Of a stretch of DNA of 64,000 bases, positions 23,056 through 38,673 are shown piece after piece (the stretch's first letter is position 1; the number at the start of each line of letters is the position of its first letter). Position numbers and translations under genes: made by a program. Under the pieces are notes generated by a model. The model worked only from the letters and a program-made list of their open reading frames with translations. It ran no database searches and was not told where the DNA came from. This DNA is from the human T2T-CHM13v2.0 reference genome, Homo sapiens. The DNA lies in assembly GCF_009914755.1 (NCBI RefSeq), contig NC_060937.1; one strand, given 5' to 3'.

Positions 23056-24173
23056 ATGTCTTTACAAATATGTATGTGTTTGGAGATACAGGCACAGAGC
23101 AATGGTATATTTTCCCTAGGCTTTCTGGTTCTCTAATAATGTAGTTTAGAGTAAAGAGATGTAAAGAGATGACGAGTTTAACCTCATCTACTGGAATATT
23201 CCTCTGAATGGTTCTCCATTCTGAGACCCAGTGTCTTGTCTATAACTAAAAGCAAATGTGTCCAGTGAAAACATGAGATGATAGTGCACTGAACTTTCTC
23301 ACCAGAAATGAGCTTTTAAAGATCTCTTGGTGCTTTCTTGGCCCATCTTTTGTCTCACCAGAGTATCACAATTTGAGAAGGAGAAATATAATAGAGTTAA
23401 TAATTTGCTAATTATGAGTAGGGAGATGTTTTTGTGCAGCTGTATGTTTGTCTATACCCATGTAGTGTTATCAATGACCAGCTTTGTGAATGCATGTTAG
23501 AGTTTACAGTTTCAGTGGCTTGCCTTATGAAAACATGCTAATAAAATATGAGTAGCAACAAAAAGGGCTATTTTCCCCTCCTTTCCATACAACAAATAGA
23601 GGATCCTCCTGAAAATCTGTAGATCCTTCATACGAAGTGACTGTACCTGCCATATTTCTAATGGAGTCTGATTAGGAGGATGAAGGAGATTATCTGCATT
23701 GTAGTCAAAAAAGTGGATCTTCCTGAGTCTTTCCCAATTTAGGTTTAGGGAAAAACCTATGTTTTTAGCTGAGTAAAATAACAAGCCAGTTTTTTCTACT
23801 TTATTTTTCCATTTTCTAAAAGCTGAGGAGGATTAGGAACTGGTGCTAGGTGAAAAGCATATTGATTTTATATAGTGTCTTAAGGCAACTAAACATGAAC
23901 CCTCTTTCCAGAGCTTGAGTTCATCTTTTGTACTTACTTCTTTTGAAATGGAAATATACAACCATAAATTCTGGCCTTACTATACCAAAATAAGTGTTAC
24001 ACTGAAAGATTTTATATTTGCAGTGCTTCCCAGTTTTCAAAATGTTTTCAGCCATAATGCAATAGAAAAGCACATTTCTTGGAATAGTTTATATCTGGGT
24101 ATTAGACTAGGCCATTACATTAAGCTATTATATTTAAAATGATGTAAAACTAATATCTTCAGAGACATAGCTA

Positions 24174-25270
<1,097 letters not shown>

Positions 25271-26196
25271 AAATATATAAATCTCACTAATATTCTTCAG
25301 TTTACTAACCTCTATTCCTACTGTGAAATTGAAGTTCTAGGAGCGAATTGGGTTAAATATTTTAACAAAAACACATTTCAAAAATAAATTTGTGTTTTTT
25401 ATATTTAAATTTGACTATACTTGAATAGAGATTCTACTGGCTTTATATTTTTTCACCCTTCATCATTCTCAAGTCAAAATATTTTTAATAACACTCACTA
25501 CACCATATTTCCTGGGAAAGATCTCCGATCACTAGGGCATATCATTATATACTTCCCAGTTCTTTTGTCATTTGAATTGATATTTGGAAGGCTGATCTCA
25601 TGACACAGAATTTTTCTAAGCTTCTCTCTTTTTGTTTACTTTTACTTTAATATTCCATAATCTGCAATAACAAAATCTGAGTAAAGAATCTATCAAATTA
25701 AGGAAACATGTGCTGCATAAAATCTATATTGCAGTGAGAAAGAGTGAATTAATCCAATGAATGATTGGACTTACATTAAGAAATACATAATTTTTAATAA
25801 GTTACATACATATTAATAGAGCACCTTTTTTTTCTTGAAACATTTTTGTTTCAATTTTCAATTACTCATGTCAAAGCCTGAAAATATTCCCTAATAGAAT
25901 TAAAATATATCTGTTGAAATGTTCATGGATTTTAATTAAAGACTGCTGTTGTACCTTTAGGTAAAGAAAATATAATGATGACTTAGACAAAATGACTAAA
26001 CATTCTTAAATTAATTTAAAATATTTACTTTTTTGAATTCATATTTAAAACATTTTTTATCAGTCAAAATAAAAGTGTTACCATTTTTAAATTTTAAAAA
26101 ATAAAACTGAAAGCATATTAAATAGAAGTTTGACAATAGAAATGCAGATTACATTCCTACCAATTCACTAGGAAACACTTAAAAAATTTACATACC

Positions 26197-29100
26197 GAGA
26201 GTGCAGTGATTGTAGGACTTCACACTGGAACTCAGTGCTGCCTATCACAATGGAAGCAACACAGGGCAGAATTCAGCCGTCGCCCACAGAGGGAGCATTT
26301 AGACCAGCCCCCGGCACATGAAAAGCATTTAGACGACCAGCCCTAGCCACAGGGAATTCATCCATTCCAGTAGTGGGAACCTGAGTTCTGGGAAGGCTCA
26401 CCAACATTAGCTAAAATGCCCTGGGGTCCTAAATAAATTTAAAAGGCAGTCTAGGCTAGGCCACAAGGATTGTGATTCCCAGGCATGTCCTGGTGTTTTG
26501 CTGGACTTGGAGCCAGTGGACTTGAGGTGCACGAGACCCAATGAGACATCAGCTGGTGCAGCCAAGCAAGGGTTCACATCACCCCTCCTCCAACACCAGG
26601 CAACAGAGCTTGCAGCTCCTGCAGACTCCTTCCTTCTGCTCAGGGAGAGAGGAGGGTAAAGAAGATTTTCTTGCAACTTGGATACCAGCCTTGCCTCTGA
26701 AAATGGGGTATTTTCCCTCCAGGCCTTAGCTCCCAGACAATACTTCTGGACACACCCTGGACAGAAGGAAACCTATTACCTTGAATGGAAGGGCCCAGCT
26801 GTGGCAGGATTTATCACCTGCTGACTAGAGAGTGCTTGGACCTTGAATAAACATCAATAGCAGCCAGACAGTACACACCATCGACCTTGGGTGAGAGCTG
26901 GTGCTGTGCTGGCTTCAGGTGTAATCCAGCACCTTCCCAGCTATGGTGGCTAGAAGAGACTCCTTCTACTCGGGGAAAGGATAGGAAAGAGTAAAAGGGA
27001 CTTTGTTTTGCAGCTTAGGTCCATGCTCGGGCACAGTAGTGGAGAGCAGCAACCAGGCTCCTCGAGTCTTTAATTCCAGGCTTTGGCTCCTTGAATGCAT
27101 TTTTGGACCCACCCTGGGCCAGAGGGGAGTCCCTGCCCTGAAAGAAGAGATTCAGGCCTGGTAGCATTTACCACAAGCTGATTGAACAGCCCTTGGGCCT
27201 TGAGTGAACATTGGTCGTAGAAAGGCAGCATTCACTATGTGCCTGGGGTGGCAGTGGCCATGGGGAGAGACTCTTTCTGCTTTAAGAAAAGAGGAAATAG
27301 TGGAAAGGACTTTATTTTGTGAGTCAGTGCCAGCTCGGCTGCAGTAGAATAGAATACCAGATAGATTCCTAAGGCTCTAACTCCAGGTCCTGGCTCCCAG
27401 ATGGCATTTCTGAACCTAACCTGGGTTGTAGTAGGAGCTCATCACTCTGAAGGGAAGGACATAAGACTGCTGGACTCACCACCTGCTGACTGAAGAGCAC
27501 TTGTGCCTTGATTGATGTTCAGTGGTGGCCAGGCAGTGGGTTGCTGCAGGTTTTAGGCTTTGGGTGGGACTCAGTGCTGTGCTGGCTTCTGGTTTAACCC
27601 AGTACAGTCCCAGTGGTGGTGACCACAGAGATGCTTATGTCACTCATCCCCCAGGTTCAGGGAGCTCAGCACAGAGAGAGAGAAAGAGAGAAACTGTTTG
27701 TTTGGGGGTAAAGTAAGGGGAGATAACAAGAGTCTCTGCCTGGAAATCCTGGTAATTCTCTAAGGTCTTACCCAAAACTACTGAGGCAGTACCTTCACAA
27801 GTCTGCAAGAGTCACAGTGTTACTGGACTTGGAGCAGATAAGGCCACAGTGACCAAATAATTAGATGACGACACTCAATTTACTTTGAATACTTGGAAAG
27901 CCTTCCTAAATAGGATAGGTACAAACAAGCCCAGACTGCAAAGACTACAATAAATGCCTAACTCTTCAATGCCCAAACAGCAATGAGCATTTGCAAGCAT
28001 CAAGACCATGGAAAACATGACCTCACCAAACAAACTAAGTAAAGCACCCATGACCAATCCTGAAATGACAAAGGTATGTGACAGTTCAGACAGAGAATTC
28101 AAAATACCTGTTTTGAGGAAGCTCAGTGAAATCCAAGATAACACAGAGAAGGAATTCAGAATCCTATCAGATAAATTTAACAAATAGATTGAAATAATTC
28201 TTAAAAACCAAGCAGAAATCTTGGAACTGAAAACTTTAATTGACATGCTGAAGAATACATCACAGTCTCTCAACAGCAGAACTGATCAAGCAGAAGAAAG
28301 AATTAGTGAGCTTGAAGATAGGCTGCTTGAAAATACACAGCCAGAGGACACAAAAGAAAAAAGAATTTTAAAAAATGAAGCATACCTAAGGATCTAGAAA
28401 ATAGCCTCAAAAGGGCAAATCTAAGAATTATTGGCCATAAAGAGGATGTAGAGAGAGACAGAGTGGTCGAAGGTTTATTCAAATGGATAATAATGGAGAA
28501 CTTTCCAAATCTGGAGAACGATATCGATATTCAAGGACAAAGAAGTTATATTAGTAAAACACCAAGAAAATTTACCTCAAGTAAGGCTACTTCAGGACAT
28601 TTATAATCAAACTCCAAAAGGTCAGGACTAAAGGGAATTCATCAATCTAAAAGAAAACGACATTAAGGAACAATAGGAAATCATGTGAAGGTATAAAATT
28701 CACTGGTAAATACTAAGTACACAGACAAGCACTGAATATTAAAACACTGTAATTGTGGTGTGCAAACTATGCATATCTTGAGTAGAAAGACAGATAAATC
28801 TATCAAAAATAATTACAAAAACTTTTCAAGATATAGACAACATAATAAGACTAAATAGAACCACAAAAATTTAAAAAGCAGGAGAGATGAAGTTAAAGTG
28901 TGGAATTTGTATTAGTTTTCTCTTTGCTTGTTTGATAGTTTGTGTTTCTTCTTGCAATCAGTGTTAAGTTGTCATCAGTTTAAAATATGGGTTATAATAT
29001 GTTATTTGCAACCCTCATGGTAACTTAAAATCAAAAAACATACAACAGATACACAAAAAATGAAATGCAAAAAAATTAAAACATAGTACTGTTGCAGAAC

Positions 29101-31140
29101 TTTTCCCTAGTTCAGCTAAAAACAAGGTTCTTTGTCCCATGCCCATGAAAATTCAGGCTTGCAGACAGTTTGAATGGTAAGTGAGACAGAGTTTTGTTGG
29201 GTGAAAAGGAAGAAAAGGGGGAAACAGGGACTCTTGCTAGGCCAGAGTCCCTGCTAGAGCACTTCCCACCTGCCATTCAAATCCCAGATACCACACAGGA
29301 AGAGGAGGGCCCAGGTTCCTCCCTGCTGCAAAGGGCAGGAACCTCTGTGGCTCCACCTCAGTGCACAGGCCAGTTGGGGTTTTTTCTGGGAAGCCCCTCC
29401 CACCTGGCTATCTCAGGACCAGAGACAAAAGGGTCCTTCACAAAAAGGAAGACAGGAAAGAAAGAATGAAGGAGGAAAAGACCACAAAACAACCAGTAAG
29501 CAAATAACAGAACAGTGGAAGTAAGCACTTACTTGACAAGAATAACATTGACTAAATGGACTAAACTATCCTATCAAAACACATAAAGTGCCCAAATGGA
29601 TAACAAATCAAAACAAAAGCTAATGACCTGTTGCCTACAAGAAACACACATAGACCAATGGAACAGCAAAGAGAACCCAAACACATATCCATACATTTAC
29701 AGTGAACTCATTTTTGACAAAGATGCCAAGAACATATGCTGGGGAAAGGAGAGTCTCTTCAATAAATAGTGTTGGGAAAGCTAAATATCCATATGTAGAA
29801 GAATGAAACTAGACCCCTGACTCTCATCACATACAAAAATCAAATCCAAGTGGAACATATAATTAAATCTAAGATCTCAAACTGTGAAGACACTGGAGAA
29901 ACCCTCCAGGACACTGGACTGGGCAAAAAGATTTTGAGTAATACCCCACAAGCACAAGCAACCAAGGCAAAAATTGACAAATGGGATCATATCAAGTTAA
30001 AAAACTTCTGCACAACAAGGGAAACCATCAACAAAGTGAAGTGACCACACACAGAATGGGAGAAAATATTTGCAAATTATCCATCTGACAAAGGATTAAT
30101 AATCAGAATATATGAGGAGCTCAAACAGCTCTACAGGAAAAAATCTAATAATCTACTTATAAAATGAACAAAAGATCTGAATAGACCTTTCTCAAAAGAA
30201 GGCAGTGGTAAATGGCAAACAGATATATGAAAAGGTGGTCAACATCATTGATCATCAGAGAAATACAAATCAAAGCTACGATGAGATATCATTTCACTCC
30301 AGTTAAAATGGCTTTTATCCAAATGCAGGCAAGGATGTGGAGAAAAGGGAACTCTCATATAGCATTAGGGAGAATGTAAATTAGTACAATCACTATGGAG
30401 AATAGTATGGAGGTTCATCAAAAATCTAAAAATAGAACTACCATATGATCTTATGTTATACACTGCATATACCACTGCTAGGTATATTCCCAAAAAGAAA
30501 ATCAGTATATTGAAGAGACATCTGCACTCCCATGTTTACTGCAGCATTATTAAAGACAGCCAAGATTTGGAAGCAACCTAAGTGTCCATCAACAGATGAA
30601 TGGATAAAGAAAATGTGGTACATATACACAATGGAGTACTATTCAGCCATAAAAAAGAATAAGATTCTGTCATTTGCAACATGGATGAAACTGGAGGGCA
30701 TTACGTTAAGTGAAATAAGCCAGACACAAAGAGATAAAAATCACATATTCTCACTCATTTGTAGAGCTAAAAATTGAACTGACAGAGACAGAAAGCAGAA
30801 TTATGGTTACCAGAGGCTGGGAAGTGTGGTGAGGTGGGGGGTGTGGGGACACTTAATGGACACAAAAATAAAGTTAGTTGGAATGAATAACATTCAATGT
30901 TTCATAGCACAACTGAATGAATACAGTCAATAATAGTTTATTGTACATTTTAAAATAACTAAAAATATTGGATTTTTTTAATACAAAGAAACAATGAATG
31001 TTTGAGGTGATGGAAATCCCATTTACTCTGATGTTATTGTTACTTATTGTATGTCTGTATGAAAATATCTCATGTAACCCGTAAATATATACACCTAGTA
31101 TGTACCTATAAAAATAAAAAGTAAAAAATGTGTTTTTTTT
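26197..31140 (+). mobile_element. L1MA2/3-type LINE with 5'UTR, decayed ORF1, internally deleted ORF2 and 3' end
   Basis: Repetitive 5'UTR to ~27950, ORF1 ~27960-28630, ORF2 pieces (ORF 30532-30777 [30 protein letters not shown]), L1MA 3'UTR; candidate TSD aatttacatacc (26185-26196)/aatttagatact (31141-31152). Confidence 0.92.
29090..29415 (-). mobile_element. MER61 (A/B-type) solo LTR inserted in L1MA
   Basis: Minus strand TGAGATAGCCAGGTGGGAGGGG...TTTTAGCTGAACTAGGGAAAAGTTCTGCAACA; TSD gtac/ggac; L1 reads through aaacatagtac|cagagac. Confidence 0.88.
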
Positions 31141-32779
31141 AATTTAGATACTACAGAAGAGACCTCTATGGGAGAAAGGAGACAATCTTGATATATCACT
31201 TTTTTAAATATTCACACATGAAACAGGTATATATAACCCTAGTAAAAAGGAAAACACTATGAAGAAAATATGAATGTCACAAACATAAATGAAGGTTAAG
31301 TACATAGGGAGATATTTTTAACGGATAAGAAATGCTAATATAGTTTCAAAAGATTAATTCATAAGGTTTGTGATGATACAATTTATGTAAAAGGAAAAAT
31401 AATATGTAAACTTATGGGAAAATTCTCAAATACTTAAAAAAGACAAATGTAAATTATAATTGAAGTAAACTTTCAACATATTGGCAAGGCATTTATAAAA
31501 ATTTAAATGCCTAATGTTTGCGGATCTGTGGTGATCCTGGTTGTCTCAAACTTTACTAAATAATGTTATAAAATCATAAAAATAATTTTAGATGCTAGGA
31601 CCACACGCATTGAGTCACCATAATGTTCATGCTATTTGATTAGTAATCTCATATCTTGTCATTAATTCAAAAGAAGCACTATTAAATAGGGAAAATAAAT
31701 ACATTCAGAAAGATGGTTTTTCAACATTTTTAACATAATTAAAACCAGAAACAAAATGATTGTTCAATAATATAAAACATAGAAAGAAATTATCTGTATT
31801 CAGTAGGACCTTATGATAACATTTGAAATGGTAGTTAAGAAGCTCAGATGGTTAAGAAGATATGATATATTAAAACAATAGGCAAAATGTCCACCTAAGA
31901 CCAAATCAGTGAAAGGAGCATATTTGTTCCTATAATTAAAAACATATTAATGAAGCTTATGTAAGGGTGGTTAGGTTATAGGTGCCCTTTTTAAAACTTT
32001 GTCTCATCAAAATCATATTAAAATCATAATAAAAATTATATATAAGAGCAAAACAAAACTAGCTGTTATTAATACATTTATTAGTTTAAAAAGATAATTT
32101 ATTCAAGAGTCATATTATAGGTACCACAAATCATCTGTATTTAATAAAACTTTAATTAAAACTATCCAGCAATGGAACTAGATAAAATGAGAAAAACAAT
32201 CTAATTACCAAGACCTTTAAAGGGAGAAAGATTTTTTTTTAAATCTTCCTTCTCTTCCTGTAAACTCGTGAATTTTATTCCTAATGTTTCCATGTGAACT
32301 TATTTTTGTAAATGTGCTAAACAAATGCAGAGTTAAAATAAACCATCTAAGTCTTTGCTTAAAAAAAAAATAGAATTAAACACCACTGATCTCTCTAGTA
32401 GTACATGCATCTACTAACATCTACTCAAAGAACCCAATACACTAGAGAGAGAAAGAGAGAGAAGGGAGGGATGGAGAGAGGGACAGAGGGAGACAATATT
32501 GATCTATCAGTTTATTACATTTTTAAGCATTTACTGGGACTATATCCTTTATTCTATGTTCATTCATAATATTTATATGATTAAACAGCATAAATATAAA
32601 GCCAAAGAATTACTACTAAATATCTAGAGTAATGGTGATAAAATCTTTGATATTTAATAATCAGTTGTGCCTATATAATATTAATATTTGTAGTTTTGCC
32701 AAGCCATTAAGGTTATTTCCAGAGGCAGTAATGGATGCACAGCATGCTTAGGAAGAAACCAATGCAGATATTGTTGGAT

Positions 32780-32980
32780 GCATACCCTGATGCTTGACCC
32801 TGTTACATGTATTTCATTTTATTCTCACACCAGTCCTTCGATATAGATAATATTACATGCATTTTACAGATGATGCAATTGGTCTCTATAGAGTTAATTA
32901 TTTGTCTGAGGTTATAATGAAAGAAAAACAACTAAGTCTTCATATCTCAAGACTAGCAAATTTTTTGCTATATTGAGCTA
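32780..32980 (-). mobile_element. MIR fragment
   Basis: ttctcacaccagtcct...cattttacagatgatgcaattggtctctatagagttaattatttgtctgaggt. Confidence 0.65.
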
Positions 32981-33805
32981 CATTGGAAGTTTCATTGTTG
33001 AGATAGTATACAACTTTCAAAATTCAAAATTATTATTTATTGTTTTACTGAAAAGATAAATGTGAAAGAATATGATATATTGAAAATAATGCATTTCCTT
33101 TCCACCTAATTAGCTCATAAACTCAATGAAAGAGTGGGTAGATAAAGATATCTAGAAGAGTTATTCCTTCTTTCTCATGTGAATGAATGTGAAAATAAGA
33201 GAATATCACAAATATTGTCTTTGGAAATAATTCTTACATGTATTCTATGGTGGTTGAAAATAAGGCTCTTCCTAGAGAGCAGGGTAATAGTACATGTCAT
33301 ATGTAAAGGAAAGAAAAAAAATAGATATATAAATTGTGTAGGAAATTCAGTGTTGTAGTAAACGGGAGATAAGACTGGTGTCAGAGGAGTGGAAGTCAAT
33401 TATAAGAGAATGCAATCAGTTTCATAATTCACTTCATGTGCCCCAATAAACAAATAGCAAATATTTGTTATTTCCTTAGCTAATGAAAAGCAAATAATAA
33501 TTTTTAAAAATAAATCACATTTGAATTTTTTATTCAAATGATGATAATAAGAAATGTGAAAATATGAATCATATTACACATAATGAAGTGCTATCATAAT
33601 TCTAAATTACTTTCTTTAAATAACAATACTGAGATACACACAAATACCTCTGAGGACTAATCTCTGATTTTTTTTTTCTTGTCCAGATTTCTATCTGAGT
33701 GACCTGGGGAATCATGCCCTACAAACCATAAATTCTCATCAGATGGGTTTTATTTAATCCTATATATTGTGACTTACTTTCCAATCTGACTCTGCCATAA
33801 CATTA

Positions 33806-34171
<366 letters not shown>

Positions 34172-34277
34172 TTACCCCAAAACATGTTTCTCTGCTATAT
34201 CTTGAAATGGCCCTGCAAAGCCATTCTTTGTGGAGGAAAATCTGCATCTGTAAAGAATCTCTATTAACATAGATCAT

Positions 34278-34744
34278 TGCCAGGTCTGTCCCACCAACCC
34301 TGGCAGAGAGACAGATGAAAGGAGTGCACAGACACAGGTATTTTGCCTGAGAGCGTGGCTAGGGGACTGCACAGCATAGCACCATTGACAAGAGTGCAGC
34401 CCTGATAAGATGGAGCCATTTGTATTTATTTAGTACAGATTTAATGACAAAGGCCTGGAGCAAACACAACTTGTGGGTAATTAACACTGTCGACCCCCCA
34501 AGTTAGAGAGCTCCTGAGTGCGAATGATCAAAGGCTGGTTTCCAGGGACATAAGTAAACCAATTTATCTAGCTAAGTTCCTTTACATTCCCTTGTTACCT
34601 ACCCTTTACCCTTAAGAGAATTTAGCTGATGGCAGAATTTAGCTGAAAGCTTTTGCAAAACCTCCCAGCCTTCCAAGGAGATTTGCGTCTTTCCCTAAAA
34701 TTTTTTCTTATAACTTTTCCCACCACCCTGACTGATGTCCTACA
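34278..34744 (-). mobile_element. LTR22 (HML-5/ERVK) solo LTR inside MER4 LTR
   Basis: Minus strand TGTAGGACATCAGTCAGGGTGGTGGGAAAAG...GGAAGGCTGGGAGGTTTTGCAAAAGC; 6-bp TSD gatcat/gatctt. Confidence 0.85.
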
Positions 34745-35357
34745 GATCTTTTTGTTCCAGGTCCTCCCAATTCTGAAGAGATTAACTAAAAGTCTAGCAC
34801 CTTTTAAAGATCTGAATAGGAAACATTTGTCATCTATTGTCTCTAAGGCAGCCACTATAAGACTTCAAAAGAACCTTGGCCTCCACAGTCTTTTCTCTTA
34901 ACCTGAACATTTCCTTTCTATGGATCCCAGGTCTTTAGACAAACTCAACCAATTGTCAACCAGAAAACGTTTAAATTTACCTATAGACTGGAAGCCCCTC
35001 CCCCCAACCCCCTCACCTCCCCACCCACTTTGAGTTGTCCCGCCTTTCTGAACCAAACCAATGTATTTCTTAAATGTATTTGACTGATGTCTCATGCCTC
35101 CCTAAAATATATAAAACCAAGCTGTACCCCAAACACCTTGGACATATGTTTCTTGGGACCTCCTCAGGGCTGTGTCATGGGCCATGGTCACTCATATTTG
35201 GCTCAGAATAAATCTTCTCAAATATTTTACAGAGTTTTACTCTTTTTGTCCACACCTCAAAACCCTCCTTGTCTTTTAAAATTAAACCAAATTTGTGTAA
35301 ATGCTCAGCTTATTCTGAACGAACTTGTTTGTGAGTTTTATTATACATGTATTTTAT

Positions 35358-35380
35358 GGTGTGTGTGTGTGTGTGTGTGT
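35358..35380. repeat. (TG)n microsatellite
   Basis: ~11 TG units. Confidence 0.95.
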
Positions 35381-35600
35381 CTTTAGCATATAAACTCCTA
35401 AAGGATAGGGAAACTTTTTACAGTGGCTTCTTAAAATAGTTATGTGTGTATACCTTTGATGAATGAAAATATGCAAATTTTAAAAACCCCAAATCAAGTT
35501 CCGTTGAGCTTTGGATTATAGAGGAGAGCTGAAGGAAGTTCATGTCCACTGTGAAAAATTAAAAAAAGAAATTCAATTTTAACCTAACAGAGACCTAAGG

Positions 35601-36124
35601 TGTTAGAAACAAATGCTCGGTGCTGCAAAGAAAAATCAGCACTCTGGCAAAAAGCTTTCTCAACAAGGCGATTTACTTCTGCAGAAGAGTGCCACTTGTG
35701 CCTGGTGTGGTTGCAAGAGCACATCAAGTGGGGTGGGGAAGAGGTTTTATTCCAAACACAGCAGCTCCTGTAGCTGTGTCCCTTTCTCCATTGGCTGTAG
35801 TTGGACTGCACAATCTAAGCTGACCCAATTGGCTACTGTTTAAAATTGAATAGAGTTAACTAGGTGGGATGGGAGAGGCTGTCCGTTACAGTTTTAGGGT
35901 GCAGTAAAGGCAGGAAGGATAGTTCTAGGGGGAAGGTCAGTTACAGAGTGGGTAACCAAGGGAGTAGATGTGAGTTTTAGAGTAGGACTGGCAGGAAGGT
36001 TGTTTACCCTAACTAGGGGCAAGGAGGCACAAAGAACAAGGAAGTTAGACTTTGAAAACTGAGATCAAAGAACAAGGAAGCTGAACAAGCTGACTCTTTG
36101 AAGAGAAACTCACTGTACCTCACA
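35601..36124 (-). mobile_element. LTR10-family solo LTR (ERV1)
   Basis: Minus strand TGTGAGGTACAGTGAGTTTCTCTTCAAAG...TTTCTAACA; perfect TSD aagg (35597-35600, 36125-36128). Confidence 0.8.
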
Positions 36125-36869
36125 AAGGTCACAAGGCAATCAACTGGCCCAAAATATAAGGAGATGTGAGTACCCACAGGGAAAGAAAAGACAGAAGCAC
36201 TTCCCTCCATGGGATAGATAACAATCAGATATTAGAAGAAAAGAGTTCGGCTGGGCGCAGACTCTAGTTAAAGTATCACCCATGTAGTGAGAATTCAGTT
36301 ACCACCCGATTAAGTCCTACACTGAAGGCTACTGTCGTAGGCCTAGTCTTTAGAAGTTGATCCTTGAAGAGGAGTCCTTGTTTAGGAGACATGGAACAAG
36401 GGAAGCAGTTTAGGTCAGGGGGAATCTAAGCCAGGATTCAGTCTCCCCTGTAAACTGGCTTCCCTGTGTTCCCAGGCAAGCGCTGGGGCCTGGCTTTCTC
36501 TGGAGATCATTCTAAAGCCATCCGACTTTCAGCACCCCTGTCTTTTACCTATTGACCAACTGCTTGCCTCAGGGAGGCCTTAAGGGCATAATCTTCTGGG
36601 CAAGGTGACTGCCATTTTACTGCACAATGTTCTGCCTGGCAATTAGCAGGCTCTAAACAAATATTTGTTAAATGTTATTCATGTTATTTATTATCTGTTT
36701 AAATGCTCCCCCCCGCCACCGCCACCTTGCCCACCTCCAGTGACTCATGTTCAACATAGTCTGAACTGAGTTCAGCATTTCTCCACCCACGTATCCTGTC
36801 TTAATCTTATTATTATCCTCCCCGACACAGAAGCAAGAGATTTCTAAGTCAAATTTACTTCTTACTTGC

Positions 36870-37400
36870 CTTTATTCACTCATAAATAATTCATTAATTC
36901 TACAAATATTGCTGCTGAAAACTAAAATAAGTGCTGGTGACACAGAGTCAAACAAAACACAGCCTCTGCTTTCAAAGATAATTGTACCTAGTGGAAAAGG
37001 GAGAAAAGTAAATCAAGATTTACAGGACAACGTGGAAAGTGCAATGGCAGGACAAAGAAGAGAGGCCAGGAGAGGAGGGGAAGTCATCAGGAAGAAGTGA
37101 AGCTTAATCCGAATTAGAAAGAATGAAGGGGAGGGAACCAAGATGAATCAGGGAGAGGGACAGAGGAAATGGGATGTGCAGAAGCAGGGAGGGCTCCGTG
37201 GTGAATGGTTCCAGCCAGGATGCCAGTAGTTCACAGTGGCTGCTTGGAAGCCAAACATCAGGAGAGGCCAGCGAAGTCTCCCAAACGCAGACATCCTGTG
37301 GGGCCAGGGAACAGGCACTGCTCTGATTCTACAGAATTTGCAGAAAGGTCATTTGTCTTATTTCAGAAAGCTCTGGAGAGTGGTTGAGGGATTTTATGCA
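36870..37400 (-). mobile_element. L2 3' portion
   Basis: ttattcactcataaataattcattaattctacaaatatt...gtgctggtgacacagagtcaaacaaaacacagcctctgctttc. Confidence 0.6.
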
Positions 37401-38444
37401 GGGTTTAATACTGTGTGGGAAGTTGAGGGGGGCAGGTGTGCATGCTATAAAGAGTATATTTTCTCATTATGCCATGGGGATCTAGTGAGAAACTTTGTCA
37501 AAATTGTATATGATTTATATAAAATCATATAAGAAAAAGAATGCAAGAAAAATGTATATACTATGCTTATAGCAATTCTCTTTTGTTTTGAACTAGCTCA
37601 GAATGGAAATATCTGATTTGTTCTAGGCACTGAGGATCCAGAGGCACATAAGAACCAGCGCCTACCCTGGGAAAGCACCATCCATCAGTAGTAAAAGCAT
37701 GTGCCAATATAATGTGGTAAGTATCAGCACAAAGATGTGAATGGGTGGCTGAGCTAGGACAGCAAGGAAAGGCTGACTGCCTGAAGCTGACTCTCCTCCC
37801 GATCCATGATGGGTCCTGGTGACCAACTGCTTCCTTCTCTAACTACTTGCCACTTTTGTAACCCATCCAAGAATCCAGCAGGATAGATCCATTTGTCTGT
37901 GGATAGTGAATTGTCTTTCACATTTCTGTTCAAATGCAAACTTTTAAAAATTAAAACATTGAGAATTTAACATTTTGTTGGTGTGAACATTTAAATGGTG
38001 TGAATACTCCTTGACTAAATAAAAAGAATAAAATAGACTTTGATTATAAATTCACTCCTGGTAGACCTGAACTACAGTTATTAGGTACTTCTACTAGTTG
38101 TGGTGAGATCAAGCTAAAAATTATATACAATAAATGTCATTTGGGTCTAATTCCTCATAGCAGTTTCATGTAAGGTCAAGCATTCTATATTTGTGCGTTT
38201 ATTATGCATTTGATTTTTATTTGTTTTTTAAGTAGAGAAACAAATAAGCCGAACTCATGTGCTATAAAAATTCAACAAAATAATCCTTATACTACTTTGT
38301 AATACTTTGGAAGATTTAATTACTCATGTTTCTTAAATAGTCTCCATAAACTCCTATTATACATTTGACACATTGATAATTGTGAGGTCAAAATAAATTT
38401 GCATTTTTGCATTTAATTGTTAATTCAAAACTAAAGCAGTTCCT

Positions 38445-38625
38445 AAAGAAAAAATACAAATGGCCAATAGGCACATGAAAAGATGCTAAACATCATCAGT
38501 CATTAGTTACGTGTAAATCAAAACCACAAGACATCACTTCATACCTTCTAGGGTGGCTATTATCATATAATGTAATATAACAATACAATAAATGTTGGCG
38601 AGGATGTGGAGAAATTGAACCCAAC
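38445..38625 (+). mobile_element. L1MB-type ORF2 fragment
   Basis: caaatggccaataggcacatgaaaagatgctaaacatcatcagtcattag...gttggcgaggatgtggagaaattgaaccc. Confidence 0.85.
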
Positions 38626-38673
38626 ACAGAAGAGCAGATCCTGATAGTAAACCCAAAAATTGCTCAAAATAAG

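Noticed and set aside
27875-30777. ORFs 27875-28273, 29850-30044 and 30532-30777
   Set aside because: Fragments of the broken L1MA ORF1/ORF2 or their antisense; RT deleted
36330-36640. Possible old ERVL/MaLR LTR
   Set aside because: Too decayed to assign termini or family from inspection
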